This document shows, piece by piece, positions 21,255-30,548 of a DNA stretch of 64,000 nucleotides; position 1 is the first letter of the stretch; the number at the start of each line of letters is the position of its first letter. The notes beneath the pieces are model-generated. The model did not search any database and was not told where the DNA came from. It saw nothing but the letters and a program-made list of their open reading frames with translations. The translations under genes and the position numbers were made by a program. The stretch spans positions 1 through 64,000 of the forward strand of contig JAJPHC010000013.1 in the NCBI GenBank assembly GCA_021325515.1, read 5' to 3'. The stretch is from Acidobacteriota bacterium. GTDB taxonomy: Bacteria > Acidobacteriota > Thermoanaerobaculia > Gp7-AA8.

Positions 21255-22920
21255 GGAAGGGGGGGAGTCGCTTTTTTGTGGCCTGCTCGAAGGCGTAGGC
21301 GAGGCGCAGGAGTGTGGGCTCGCTGCACGCCATGCCGGTGAATGTCACGCCGAACGGGGACGGCTTCGCGTTGAAGCCTTCCGGGAACGCGGGGGTGGGT
21401 GCGTTGGGAATCGTGGCGAACGGCACGATCACGCTCGGATAGCCGGGCCTCGCCGCGACATTCGCGCCGCTCGATCCGGGGAACAGCAGGGCGTCGAGAT
21501 TCTGACTCTTCATCACCTCGTCGATGCCATGCGCCGCGGTGAGCTGCAGATCGCGCGCTCGGTCGGACTCGTAGCGGCTGCGGAACGTCTCGAGGTCCAT
21601 CGCATCAGAGAGGTCGAGCAGCGACTGCCCATACTTGATCGCGCCCGCCTTCTCGTGCTTCCGGTTCCACTCGCGCAGCTCGGCCAGCGATTTCACCGGT
21701 GCGCCGGGCCCCATCGTTTTCAGCCACGCGTTGAAGTCGCGCTCCATTCCGTACGCGAGGTCGACCGAGCACTTGCGCTGCTTCACTTCGTCCATGTCGG
21801 TGCAGACGCCCCACAGCAGCAGATTGTTAGCCGCGTCCTTGTCGACGACGCTCGGGATGTCCGCCGGATCGACGATCACCGCGCCGGCGTTCCTGAGCGC
21901 CGCGATCGCCTCGGCCATCACCTTCTGCTGATCGTCGTTCAAGCCGAAGCGCGGCTTGTCTGCGCCGGGAGGCGTGACCGGCGCGTAGTAGGCCGCGCGC
22001 GGAATCCCGATGCGCGCGCCCTTCAGACCGTCGGCCTTGAGAAACTGCGTGTAGTCGCTGACGCGCGAGCAGCGAGCCGTCGCCGGATCGTGCGGATCCG
22101 GCCCTTCGAGTGCGCCGAGAAGAATCGCGGCATCGGTGACCGTGCGCGCCATCGGTCCCGGAGTGTCCTGATCCGCGGTGATGGGGATGACGCCGTAGCG
22201 GCTGATGCGGCCCACGGTCGGCTTCACACCGACGAGCATGTTCTGATTGGACGGGCTGAGGATGGAGCCCGAGGTCTCGGTGCCGACGTTGGCGGCCCAG
22301 AAACTCGCGGCGGTGCCGGCGCCTGAGCTCGAGCCGCCGGTGTTGAGCGCGGGGCGGCCATCGAACGTCGCGTCACGCGGATCGCGGCGCGGGTCGTACG
22401 GATTGAATCCGTAGCCATTGAGCGCGTTGTAATTGTTCGGCATGGACGGATTGCCGGCGATCCAGTTCGCGAGCTCCGTCATCTGCGTCTTGGCGATGAT
22501 GATCGCGCCGGCATCGCGCAGATTCTTCGTGACGGTCGCTTCGTAGGGCGGCACGAAGCCGGCGAACGCCAGCGCTCCGCCGGTCGTCGGCATGTCCGTC
22601 GTCTGGATGTTGTCCTTGATCGCGATGGGAATCCCGTGCAGCAGTCCCCGGACTTTTCCCGCGGCGCGCTCGCGATCGCGCTCATCGGCTTCTTTCAGCG
22701 CATTGGGATTCACGGTGATCGCCGCGTGCAGCTTGTCTTCGTACGTCGCGATGCGGATCAGCGATTGCTGGACGAGCTCGCGCGACGTCGTTCGTCCCTC
22801 GCGCAGCGCCTTCTGCATCTCGGGAATCGTCGCCTCGACGACGTTGAATGGCGCGCGCGGCGGCGGTGCGGCAAAGGCGGCGGCGGTCGAGAGGAGGAGC
22901 GCTACGAGAGCCTTTCGCAT
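21250..22920 (-). CDS. amidase (amidase-signature family), secreted
   Basis: Signal peptide. Catalytic Lys in IAIKDN and Ser-rich GGSSSGAG signature. Confidence 0.85.
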   Translation of the reverse strand: MRKALVALLLSTAAAFAAPPPRAPFNVVEATIPEMQKALREGRTTSRELVQQSLIRIATYEDKLHAAITVNPNALKEADERDRERAAGKVRGLLHGIPIAIKDNIQTTDMPTTGGALAFAGFVPPYEATVTKNLRDAGAIIIAKTQMTELANWIAGNPSMPNNYNALNGYGFNPYDPRRDPRDATFDGRPALNTGGSSSGAGTAASFWAANVGTETSGSILSPSNQNMLVGVKPTVGRISRYGVIPITADQDTPGPMARTVTDAAILLGALEGPDPHDPATARCSRVSDYTQFLKADGLKGARIGIPRAAYYAPVTPPGADKPRFGLNDDQQKVMAEAIAALRNAGAVIVDPADIPSVVDKDAANNLLLWGVCTDMDEVKQRKCSVDLAYGMERDFNAWLKTMGPGAPVKSLAELREWNRKHEKAGAIKYGQSLLDLSDAMDLETFRSRYESDRARDLQLTAAHGIDEVMKSQNLDALLFPGSSGANVAARPGYPSVIVPFATIPNAPTPAFPEGFNAKPSPFGVTFTGMACSEPTLLRLAYAFEQATKKRLPPFP

Positions 22921-23063
22921 AAGTCCGCGATGATACTCCGCCGCCCATTTTCGTGGACGCCACTGTCCTCGCCAGAGGAGCGTTTTCGCCGCGGCGATTC
23001 CTCCGGCAGAGAGCGGCCTGCTGGCTCAGCCGTCGCATGCGCTGGACTGGCAGGAGGCTCCAA

Positions 23064-23531
23064 GTGAAGCGACTGATCTCTGCAGTTGCCGTCCTGTTTT
23101 TGATGATCGTCGCCGTCCCGACGTTCGCGCTCGATGCCAATGGCGATGCGCGCAAAAGCGCGGCGGTGGTCGATGAAGTGATTCGCATGAGCCAGGCTGG
23201 CGTCGCCGACGAAGACATCATCGCGTACGTGCAGAAGTCCCACGAGCGCTTCGACGTCACGGCGGATGACCTCATCGCATTGACGAACGCCAGGGTGTCG
23301 AAGAACGTGATCCATTCTCTGATCGCGGAAGCCGACGATCGCAACGGAGACCGCGACCGCACGACGAGAACGCGGACAGTGGTCGCGCCGCGCGTGTACG
23401 TCGGCGCACCGTGGTACTGGGATCCGTACTATTACTACGATCCGTTCTGGTATGGCCCGCGTCTGTCGATTTCGTTCGGACACGTGTGGGGCGGGTACCA
23501 TCGCGGTCCGTACCGCCACCGCTGGCATTAG
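23064..23531 (+). CDS. hypothetical secreted protein with aromatic-rich C-terminus
   Basis: Start is a GTG at 23064 (reads VKRLISAVAVLF...; no in-frame ATG precedes the signal peptide), with GGAGG 7 nt upstream. C-terminus is WYWDPYYYYDPFWYGP. Confidence 0.5.
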   Translation: MKRLISAVAVLFLMIVAVPTFALDANGDARKSAAVVDEVIRMSQAGVADEDIIAYVQKSHERFDVTADDLIALTNARVSKNVIHSLIAEADDRNGDRDRTTRTRTVVAPRVYVGAPWYWDPYYYYDPFWYGPRLSISFGHVWGGYHRGPYRHRWH

Positions 23532-23570
23532 TGCAATCGAGTGGCGCCGCGCGAACCGTGGCGCCACCGA

Positions 23571-23861
23571 TCAACTGCCCGCGCTCTTGTACGCCGCCGC
23601 GTATCGCTTCGACGCCGCCGGATCCTCGGTCACCTTGCGGATCGCCTTCTCGAACGATTGATCGTCGAGGCCGTGCGACGACAGAAGCTCGTGCGCATGC
23701 GATGGATCCTTCCTGATTTTCGCGCCGAGCTCACCCAGCTGTTCCGGCGTCAGCTCACTGCGGACTTCGATGGTCTTCTGCGAAGTGGCGCTCGAGGTGC
23801 GCTGCTGTTGACAACCGAACAGCAGCGCGATCGCCGTCAACGCGATTGCTGCGCGTTTCAT
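23571..23861 (-). CDS. hypothetical lipoprotein
   Basis: Signal peptide with lipobox LLFGC. Confidence 0.5.
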   Translation of the reverse strand: MKRAAIALTAIALLFGCQQQRTSSATSQKTIEVRSELTPEQLGELGAKIRKDPSHAHELLSSHGLDDQSFEKAIRKVTEDPAASKRYAAAYKSAGS

Positions 23862-24622
23862 CCTTTCCCCTTTCCATGCCCGTGACCGTTGTCATGGCCG
23901 GGATTTCCCGGCGGGCCGCCGTGCGGATTGCCGTGGATCTTCTCCATCGGCGGAGCCGACGAGTACATCGGCTGCGGGAGGAACGCCGGCTGCGGTGCGA
24001 TGAAGCGCTGATGCCCGCGAGCATGACCATGTCCGTGCTCGCGCTCCACGATCCTCAACTCCTTCCTGACCTGCCCCGGCGGCCGAACACCATGCACGAC
24101 TTCCGCGCCGGTCTGGAGCCCTTCGATCTTCTTCAACTGTCCCGGCGGTCCGCCGTGCGGATGCGCGCGCTCGGTTTCCACGACGACGTGATCGCGCACC
24201 GGCTGCGTGCGCAACCGTTCGCTGACGACGACCGGGACGATCTCCGTCACCGTGTACGCCGTTCGAGCGGGCGTGAGATCGAAGCGAGGAACGCCGTAGC
24301 GATCTCGCAATTCTGCGGCGACACTCGTCGCGAGTGCTGAGCCGGTGACGCCGCGCCGAGTCTCATCCGTGACGTACTCGACGATGCGCGGCCTTGGATT
24401 CTGATCGATCAATGCGACCGGGATGTATCGGATGATCTGCACGAATTCCACGGGCGGAACGTTCGCATCGTTCAACCGTGTGATGAGGTCGATGAGGTCC
24501 GCATCGTCAACGCGGGGCAGATCGGCTGCCGCCGCCACAGCGAGAGGCATTGCCGTCAGTGCGAGCAGGTTCGACGTGGTCGAGTGCCAGCGCCGGCGCC
24601 GCGAAGAGTGCCAGGACTGCAA
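23858..24622 (-). CDS. hypothetical protein with His/Gly-rich C-terminal tail
   Basis: C-terminus HGHGHARGH...HGNPHGGPPGNPGHDNGHGHGKGKG. A likely signal peptide (MLIRKGAVVVAVLALFAAPALA, ATG near 24650) is out of frame with this ORF by 1 nt. Confidence 0.45.
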   Translation of the reverse strand: MQSWHSSRRRRWHSTTSNLLALTAMPLAVAAAADLPRVDDADLIDLITRLNDANVPPVEFVQIIRYIPVALIDQNPRPRIVEYVTDETRRGVTGSALATSVAAELRDRYGVPRFDLTPARTAYTVTEIVPVVVSERLRTQPVRDHVVVETERAHPHGGPPGQLKKIEGLQTGAEVVHGVRPPGQVRKELRIVEREHGHGHARGHQRFIAPQPAFLPQPMYSSAPPMEKIHGNPHGGPPGNPGHDNGHGHGKGKG

Positions 24623-24781
24623 CCACTACCGCACCTTTTCTGATGAGCATGTTTGATCACTCCATGCCCACCTTCTTGTGCAAGGGACGGGCAAGATCGC
24701 CCGCCTGAGATCGCTGCGCGGCGCAGCGGAATCGCAACGCGAGTGGAGCGCGGACGCATGTCGCCCGCGCTCCACAACGGA

Positions 24782-26785
24782 TTACCAGACGAGGCAGCGC
24801 TTCTCCGCCGGACGCACCATCGGATCGTTCGCCTTGCAGCCGAAGGCGGCCGCGAATTCCGGCATGTTCGTCAGCGGCGCGTTCGCGCGGAAGCGGTCCA
24901 GCGGATGCGGATCCGTCGTCGCCTGCAGACGCTCGGCCTCCGGACGTCCGTGCGATGCCCACGAGCGCGCGTAGCCGATGAAGAAGCGCTGCTCCGGCGT
25001 GAAGCCGTCGATGATCTTGCGCTCCTTCCCCTGCTGCGACTTCAGATACGCGGCGTAGGCGATCTTCAGGCCGGCGAGGTCGGCGATGCTCTCACCTGCG
25101 ACGAGCTTGCCGTTCGTGTGCACGTCGCCCACGACGAATTCGTCGAACTGCTTCTGAATGCACTCCGCCTGTTTGTCGAACGCGGCGCGGTCGGCGGGCG
25201 TCCACCAGTTCACGAGATTTCCCTTCGCGTCGTACTTCGAGCCCTGGTCGTCGAAGCCGTGCGTCATCTCATGGCCGATCGTCGCGCCGGTTGCGCCGTA
25301 GTTGTACGCATCATCCTGCTTGAGGTCGTAGTACGGCGGCTGCAGGATGCCGGCCGGGAACACGATCTCGTTCATCGACGGGTTGTAGTACGCGTTGACC
25401 GTCGGCGGCGTCATGCCCCATTCGGTGCGGTCGACCGGTTTGCCGATCTGGTCGATGTCGTGATGCAGATCGAAGAGGCGCGCGCGCATCAGGTTGCCGA
25501 CGTAGGGCCCTTGATCGATCGTCAGCGCGGAGTAGTCGCGCCACTTGTCCGGATATCCGATCTTGCGCGTGAAGGAGGCGAGCTTGGCCAGCGCGGCCTT
25601 CTTCGTCTCGGCGCTCATCCACTCGAGTCCCTTGATGTCGGAGCCGAGCGCATCGGCGAGGTTGTTCACCATCTCCAGCATCTTCGCCTTCGCCTCGGGC
25701 GGGAACGCTTCGCGGACATAGGCCTGGCCGAGCGCTTCGCCGAGGGCGCGATCCGTGGCGGCGACGCAGCGCTTCCAGCGCGGGAGCTGTTCCTTCACAC
25801 CGCGCAGCGCGGTGCTGTAGAAGGCGAAATTCGCGTCGACGAAATTCGAGGAGAGCGCCGGTGCGGCGGCGTTGATCGTGTGGAAGCGCAGATATGTCTT
25901 CCAGTCGTCGAGCGAGACCGCGGTGAAGTCCTTCGCGATTTCCTTGAAAAAGTCAGGCGAGGAGACGTTGACCGGCGCCGCTGCGGGAATGCCGACCGCC
26001 GCGTAATGCGCGGCCCAGTCGAAGCCGGGTGTGAGCTCGGTCGCCTGCTTCAGAGTCATGCGGTGATAGGTGAGGTCGGGGTCGCGGCGCTGCACGCGCG
26101 TGAGCGACGCGCCGGCGAGCTTCGTCTCCAGCGCGATCAGACGCGCGGCTTCATCGCCCGCCGCATCGGTCGCATCGCCGGCGAGCTCGAAGAGCTTCTG
26201 CGCGTATCTCGCGTACTCCGTCCGGATCTCCTTCGACTTCGGATCGTCCTTCAGGTAGTAGTCGCGATCTGGCAGGCCGAGGCCGCCCTGATATGCGGCG
26301 GCGATCACTTCCTCGCTGTTCTTCGCATCCTGCTGCGAGCCGACGAAGAAGAGCGGCGTGAATCCGGTCGCGTGCAGATGCGCGATCTCGTTCTGCAGAC
26401 CGGCGACATCCTTGATGTCTTTGATGCGGTCGAGCTCGGGCTGCAGCGGCTTGAGGCCGAGCTCATTGGCCTGCGCTTCGTTCATGCAGGTGGCGTAGTA
26501 GTCGGCGATCTTGCGATCGTTCGATCCCGGCTTGGCGTCGCTCTTCGAAGCGTTCTCGAGGATCTTGCGCAGCATCTCGCGGTTCGTCTCCGCGATGACG
26601 TTGTCGACCCCCCACTTCGGATACGCCGCGGGAATCGGATTCTTCTTCAGCCAGCCGCCGTTCGCGTACTGATTGAAATCGACACAAGCATTGGCCGTCG
26701 TGTCGAGGTCGGACTTCTCATAACTCGCGCCATACGCAACGCCGGAAATCAGGCAGGCAGCGAGGGCCAGTCGTAGTGCTCGCAT
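24782..26785 (-). CDS. M13 family zinc metallopeptidase (neprilysin/PepO-like)
   Basis: Signal peptide. HEMTHGFDD zinc motif and the NAYY motif. Confidence 0.9.
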   Translation of the reverse strand: MRALRLALAACLISGVAYGASYEKSDLDTTANACVDFNQYANGGWLKKNPIPAAYPKWGVDNVIAETNREMLRKILENASKSDAKPGSNDRKIADYYATCMNEAQANELGLKPLQPELDRIKDIKDVAGLQNEIAHLHATGFTPLFFVGSQQDAKNSEEVIAAAYQGGLGLPDRDYYLKDDPKSKEIRTEYARYAQKLFELAGDATDAAGDEAARLIALETKLAGASLTRVQRRDPDLTYHRMTLKQATELTPGFDWAAHYAAVGIPAAAPVNVSSPDFFKEIAKDFTAVSLDDWKTYLRFHTINAAAPALSSNFVDANFAFYSTALRGVKEQLPRWKRCVAATDRALGEALGQAYVREAFPPEAKAKMLEMVNNLADALGSDIKGLEWMSAETKKAALAKLASFTRKIGYPDKWRDYSALTIDQGPYVGNLMRARLFDLHHDIDQIGKPVDRTEWGMTPPTVNAYYNPSMNEIVFPAGILQPPYYDLKQDDAYNYGATGATIGHEMTHGFDDQGSKYDAKGNLVNWWTPADRAAFDKQAECIQKQFDEFVVGDVHTNGKLVAGESIADLAGLKIAYAAYLKSQQGKERKIIDGFTPEQRFFIGYARSWASHGRPEAERLQATTDPHPLDRFRANAPLTNMPEFAAAFGCKANDPMVRPAEKRCLVW

Positions 26786-26944
26786 TGGGGGCTCCCCTCT
26801 TTGTCAGAAATCGGGGGAGAGTAGCACGGCGGCCGCGGGCGCGGAGGCAACAGAACGATCACAAAGTGAGCTTCACGATTTCGCCGGTGACTCTGTGATC
26901 GCGCCTTGTGGGGCAGGCTCCAGCGGCCTGCCCCACGCCGCTTG

Positions 26945-28045
26945 TTACAGGAGCTTCACGACGCGATTCGCGAGCCCCTCTTCGCCGAGGACGACGGTGA
27001 GGTTGGCCTTGCCGGCGACCTTCTCGAGGACTTCCAGTTCCTTCAGCTTCATCAGCGTCGGGCTGGACTCGAGAATCTTCGCCGTGTTGGCCTGCATGCG
27101 CATTGCGGCCGTCTCTTCACGCCGCGTAATCAGCGCCGCCTCCGCAGCCTTCTTTGCCTCGGTCACCTTGTTCATCAGCTCCTTCATGTCGCCCGGGAGG
27201 ATGATGTCGCGCACACCCGCCGAGACGACCGTCATTCCCAGTTCTGCCGCACGCACGCCGAGTGCGCTCGCCAGCTCGAGCGCGAGCACATCCTTCGATG
27301 CGAGCAGCGCGTCGAGATCCTTCGCGCCGACTGCTTCACGCAGCGCGAGCTGCGCGGCGCGATACAGCGCCTGAGCCGGCTGCTCGACTGCGGTCACGGC
27401 GCGCAGCGGATCGCTGATGCGATACGCGACGAGCGCGTTGAGGCGCAGCGTGACGCGGTCGGCGGTCATGATCTCCTGGCCGCCGATGTCGAGCACCTGC
27501 TCCTTCAGGTCGACGTCGTGCAGCGTCAGCTTGCCGGCACCCTTCCAGAACGCGTACGTGCCCGGGCCGAGCGTCGCCTGGTGCGCACCATCGCGGAACC
27601 AGACGCCGGCGTGACCCGCTGCCACGACGAGAACCTCGAGCAGTGCCGTTGCTTCCGGCGCGCGCAGGATCGCCGCGAGCTCACTGTGGACGAGCTGCAC
27701 GGCATGCGTGTCGATCACTTCGACGCGAATGTCGTGCTCGCTGGTCCAGAGCGCATACAGACCGCTGTCGAGCAGACGCGCGAAGCGGTGATCGATCCAG
27801 ACGAGCGCACGCTCGTAGTCCTTGAGATCAACGACGATCGCATCGCTGCCGAGCTTTCCGGACTTCACGATGATGTCGAGCCGCTCGTGCACGAGCCACG
27901 GATACCGCGGCGACTCGATCTCGAGACGCAGCTCGAGAAACGGATCGAACTTCCAGTACACACCCGGCTTCAGTACAGCGACGAGATCGCCTTCGCGGAA
28001 CAGAAGCCCGCGCTCGTGCGGTTTGATTTTCAGACGGCGAATCAT
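26945..28045 (-). CDS. SPFH/band-7 domain protein with duplicated N-terminal beta-region
   Basis: C-terminal stomatin/flotillin-like domain with coiled coil (EAKKAAEAALITRRE). N-terminal 170 aa repeat the SPFH start motif (G.Y..WK....L). Start at MIRRLKIK, with GGAGG upstream. Confidence 0.7.
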   Translation of the reverse strand: MIRRLKIKPHERGLLFREGDLVAVLKPGVYWKFDPFLELRLEIESPRYPWLVHERLDIIVKSGKLGSDAIVVDLKDYERALVWIDHRFARLLDSGLYALWTSEHDIRVEVIDTHAVQLVHSELAAILRAPEATALLEVLVVAAGHAGVWFRDGAHQATLGPGTYAFWKGAGKLTLHDVDLKEQVLDIGGQEIMTADRVTLRLNALVAYRISDPLRAVTAVEQPAQALYRAAQLALREAVGAKDLDALLASKDVLALELASALGVRAAELGMTVVSAGVRDIILPGDMKELMNKVTEAKKAAEAALITRREETAAMRMQANTAKILESSPTLMKLKELEVLEKVAGKANLTVVLGEEGLANRVVKLL

Positions 28046-28305
28046 AATGAGTACCTCCCTGGTTTTTCTGAGAAGATGAGCCGGCGCTGAATTGCCTGCG
28101 ATTGACCGCCACACAATTCAATGCGGAGCGTTGCTCTGCTGCGCTTCGCACAATGGAGCACATCGCACGGCTCATTGCGCTTCGATCGCAGCCTCGGCAC
28201 GCTGCAGGGCGTCGTCATGTGCTGTGTGCTCATAAAGAGCACACGGGCAGCCAACGCTGCTTTCCAGCAGCCGGCGACCACTTACGGCGGTCAGTCGTTC
28301 ATTGT

Positions 28306-28381
28306 GGTTCAGTGGCGGGAGTCGAACCCGCGACAGGAGGATTCGTGGTCCTCTGCTCTACCCTTCTGAGCTACACGTACG
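28306..28381 (-). tRNA. tRNA-like gene, probable tRNA-Arg(ACG), with non-canonical acceptor stem
   Basis: Reverse complement reads GTACGTG-TA-GCTCAGAAGGGTAGAGC-A-GAGGACCACGAATCCTC-CTGTC-GCGGGTTCGACTCCCGC-CACTGAA-C. The D, anticodon and T arms are canonical. Only 4 of 7 acceptor pairs form and position 33 is C. Confidence 0.5.
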
Positions 28382-28487
28382 ATGTGTGCGCAACAAAAAC
28401 CTCCTTCGTCAGAACCCGTTCACGGAACACGCGTGCACTGCGCGCCGCCGGCCCGGACGCCCTTGTCGCCTTGATGGATCATGTGTA

Positions 28488-28531
28488 CAGAAACAAAAAG
28501 CCCCTTCGGCGCTGAAGTGACCGAAGGGGCT
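28488..28531 (-). terminator. rho-independent terminator of the 28649-29677 gene
   Basis: On the minus strand, a hairpin AGCCCCTTCGG-(11-nt loop)-CCGAAGGGGCT is followed by TTTTTGTTT. Confidence 0.7.
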
Positions 28532-28648
28532 CGCGTAAGGAGCAGACTATAAGAGAGTCTATGTCCTTATGCGCGAACCTCCGGCGGCTTCGAAGCCGTG
28601 CCTGAGTGATTTGGGTTGCTGTAGAAACATGAGGCGCTCAATGTAGGC

Positions 28649-29677
28649 TCATTCATGCGGTTCGTCAATAGCCACATTGGAAATCGTTTTGATGAAATCG
28701 AGTCCGAATGCCAATGACGGTGTAAAGGCGCCCGCTTTGGGTTCCTCGAGAACGCGCTTTACGGCGGCAAGTGCAGCGTGCACTGTGAGCTCGTAACCTT
28801 CAGGCGTCGTCATGGTCATTGAGAGCTGCTCTGAGCCATTGGACACTTCGCCCCATAAGAACGTCTTCGCCGTTTGGCGGCGCTGTTCGCCCGGTCCCGG
28901 AGTCCGTTCCGCAAGGCGTTGCAGCAGACGTTTGACAGGGCGCAGTCCCAGGAGCCAGCGGAGCTTCTCTACGATGCGGACGCGCCGGATCGCGCGCGGT
29001 GATGCCGCGTTGTAGACGGTGATGTTGGGAATGCCGGTCGAGTAATACGCAGTCGACACGTCACCCCATGGAATCGACATCGCCAATCGCTTGCCGCATG
29101 AGAAGGGGATCTCGCGGACGTCGGCGCCGAGGGGGACGCGGACGATCGTGCCGTTGCGCCGCACGGCGCCGCCGTCGCCGAGTCCTTCGATCATCGTCTT
29201 GAGCGTGCCGCGGCTGACTTCTCCGCCCGGCGAATAGAACGCGAGCCGCAGTTCGGTCGCGCCGGGCATACGCGCCTTGAGCATTGCGGCGAGCGTATCC
29301 GTCGGAACCACGTCGAAGCCGCTGCCGGGGACGAGCATGACCCCGCGCTCCTTCGCGACGGCGTCCATCGCCATGATCGATTCGAACACCGCGATCTCGC
29401 CGGTGATGTCGAGGTAATGCACCCGCTGTTCGAGACACGCGCGCACCATCGGCGCGCTGGTCCGCGAGAATGGTCCGGCGCAATGCAGCACGGCGCGAAC
29501 GCCGGAGAGATCGATCGCATCGAGATCGAAGATGCGGAAGTCGCAGCCGAGCTCGCGCGCAAGCGCTTCGATCCTCGCGGCATTACGGCCCGCAAGAATC
29601 GGGCGATCGCCGCGCCGCACCGCTTCGCGCGCGATCAGCTCACCGGTGTAGCCGTTTGCCCCGTAGAGAATCCACAT
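28649..29677 (-). CDS. saccharopine dehydrogenase-like NAD(P)-binding oxidoreductase
   Basis: Rossmann start MWILYGANGYTG. Family-typical HYLDITGE motif. Confidence 0.75.
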   Translation of the reverse strand: MWILYGANGYTGELIAREAVRRGDRPILAGRNAARIEALARELGCDFRIFDLDAIDLSGVRAVLHCAGPFSRTSAPMVRACLEQRVHYLDITGEIAVFESIMAMDAVAKERGVMLVPGSGFDVVPTDTLAAMLKARMPGATELRLAFYSPGGEVSRGTLKTMIEGLGDGGAVRRNGTIVRVPLGADVREIPFSCGKRLAMSIPWGDVSTAYYSTGIPNITVYNAASPRAIRRVRIVEKLRWLLGLRPVKRLLQRLAERTPGPGEQRRQTAKTFLWGEVSNGSEQLSMTMTTPEGYELTVHAALAAVKRVLEEPKAGAFTPSLAFGLDFIKTISNVAIDEPHE

Positions 29678-29762
29678 GTTTCTGTGCAGGACAGGCGCCC
29701 CGCCTGTCCGTTGTCGTTGGCGTCGAAGGCTGTCGAAGGCTGGACAGGCGACGGCGCCTGTC

Positions 29763-30548
29763 CTACACCGCGCGCGACCGCTTGATCGCCCACATGCCGA
29801 TCGTAGCGAGTAACGCCAGATTTGCAAAAAGGAGCGGGGCGAAGATCGGAGCGCCGTAGAGGAAGCGATCGAGGAGTGTTTTCCCCGGCCGCAGCATGTT
29901 CGCCCGTAGATGCAGTGCGAATCCGATCGTGCCGACGATGATCTGCACGACCATGACCCACGCCGTCGCTCTCCACAACACGATGTCCTGCGGGCGGACG
30001 ACGAGCATCAGGAGGAACGCGCAGGCGAGGGCCGCGGCGATCACCGGGATCCATTCTCCCCGATTGAAGAATCCGTTCTGTGCATGATCGGCCAGGCTGA
30101 GGATGAGATTCCCGCCGAATCCTCCCAGCGCGAGGAAGACGATCCATTGTGCCCACTCGAGCGTGTCAGCGCCGGTCATGCGATTGAGAATCAGCAGCAG
30201 TCCGAGACCGGCGTAGGCAAGAGGTGCAACGAATGGTGCGGTGTAGACGAGATTGTGAATCGTCTGTTCCGCGAAAAAGTGCGACTGCAGGTGATAGAGC
30301 ATCCCCGCAATCCCAACCAGCAGCGACACCCAGCCGACGAACATCCCGCTCCAGCGATTCGCGGCGAGGAGCAGGAGCGGCGCAGCGATCGAGAAGATCA
30401 CCGGCGCCCACTCCGGGCGCCGCTCGAACGCATTCGTCAGATGCGCGATGTAGACGTCGACCGCGAGGAAGCCGAGGTTGAGAATGATGAAGGCTTCGAC
30501 GATCGTCCGCGGATGACGGAACGCGTCAGGGATGCGCATTGGCCGCAT
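29763..30548 (-). CDS. hypothetical polytopic membrane protein
   Basis: About 7-8 predicted TM helices, no known domain. Overlaps the start of the downstream cytochrome gene. Confidence 0.55.
   Translation of the reverse strand: MRPMRIPDAFRHPRTIVEAFIILNLGFLAVDVYIAHLTNAFERRPEWAPVIFSIAAPLLLLAANRWSGMFVGWVSLLVGIAGMLYHLQSHFFAEQTIHNLVYTAPFVAPLAYAGLGLLLILNRMTGADTLEWAQWIVFLALGGFGGNLILSLADHAQNGFFNRGEWIPVIAAALACAFLLMLVVRPQDIVLWRATAWVMVVQIIVGTIGFALHLRANMLRPGKTLLDRFLYGAPIFAPLLFANLALLATIGMWAIKRSRAV

Noticed and set aside
24653-26776. 707-aa ORF on the plus strand
   Set aside because: Antisense to the M13 peptidase gene, which has the HEMTH zinc motif. Arg-rich and low complexity.
26907-26931. Hairpin GGGGCAGGC-N7-GCCTGCCCC as a terminator between SPFH and M13 peptidase genes
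   Set aside because: No U/T-tract follows on either strand. It may be a structured element but there is not enough evidence for an intrinsic terminator.
28115-28305. Integrated mobile element adjacent to the tRNA-like gene
   Set aside because: No integrase, excisionase or direct-repeat att duplicate was found flanking the tRNA. The neighbouring genes are ordinary chromosomal genes.
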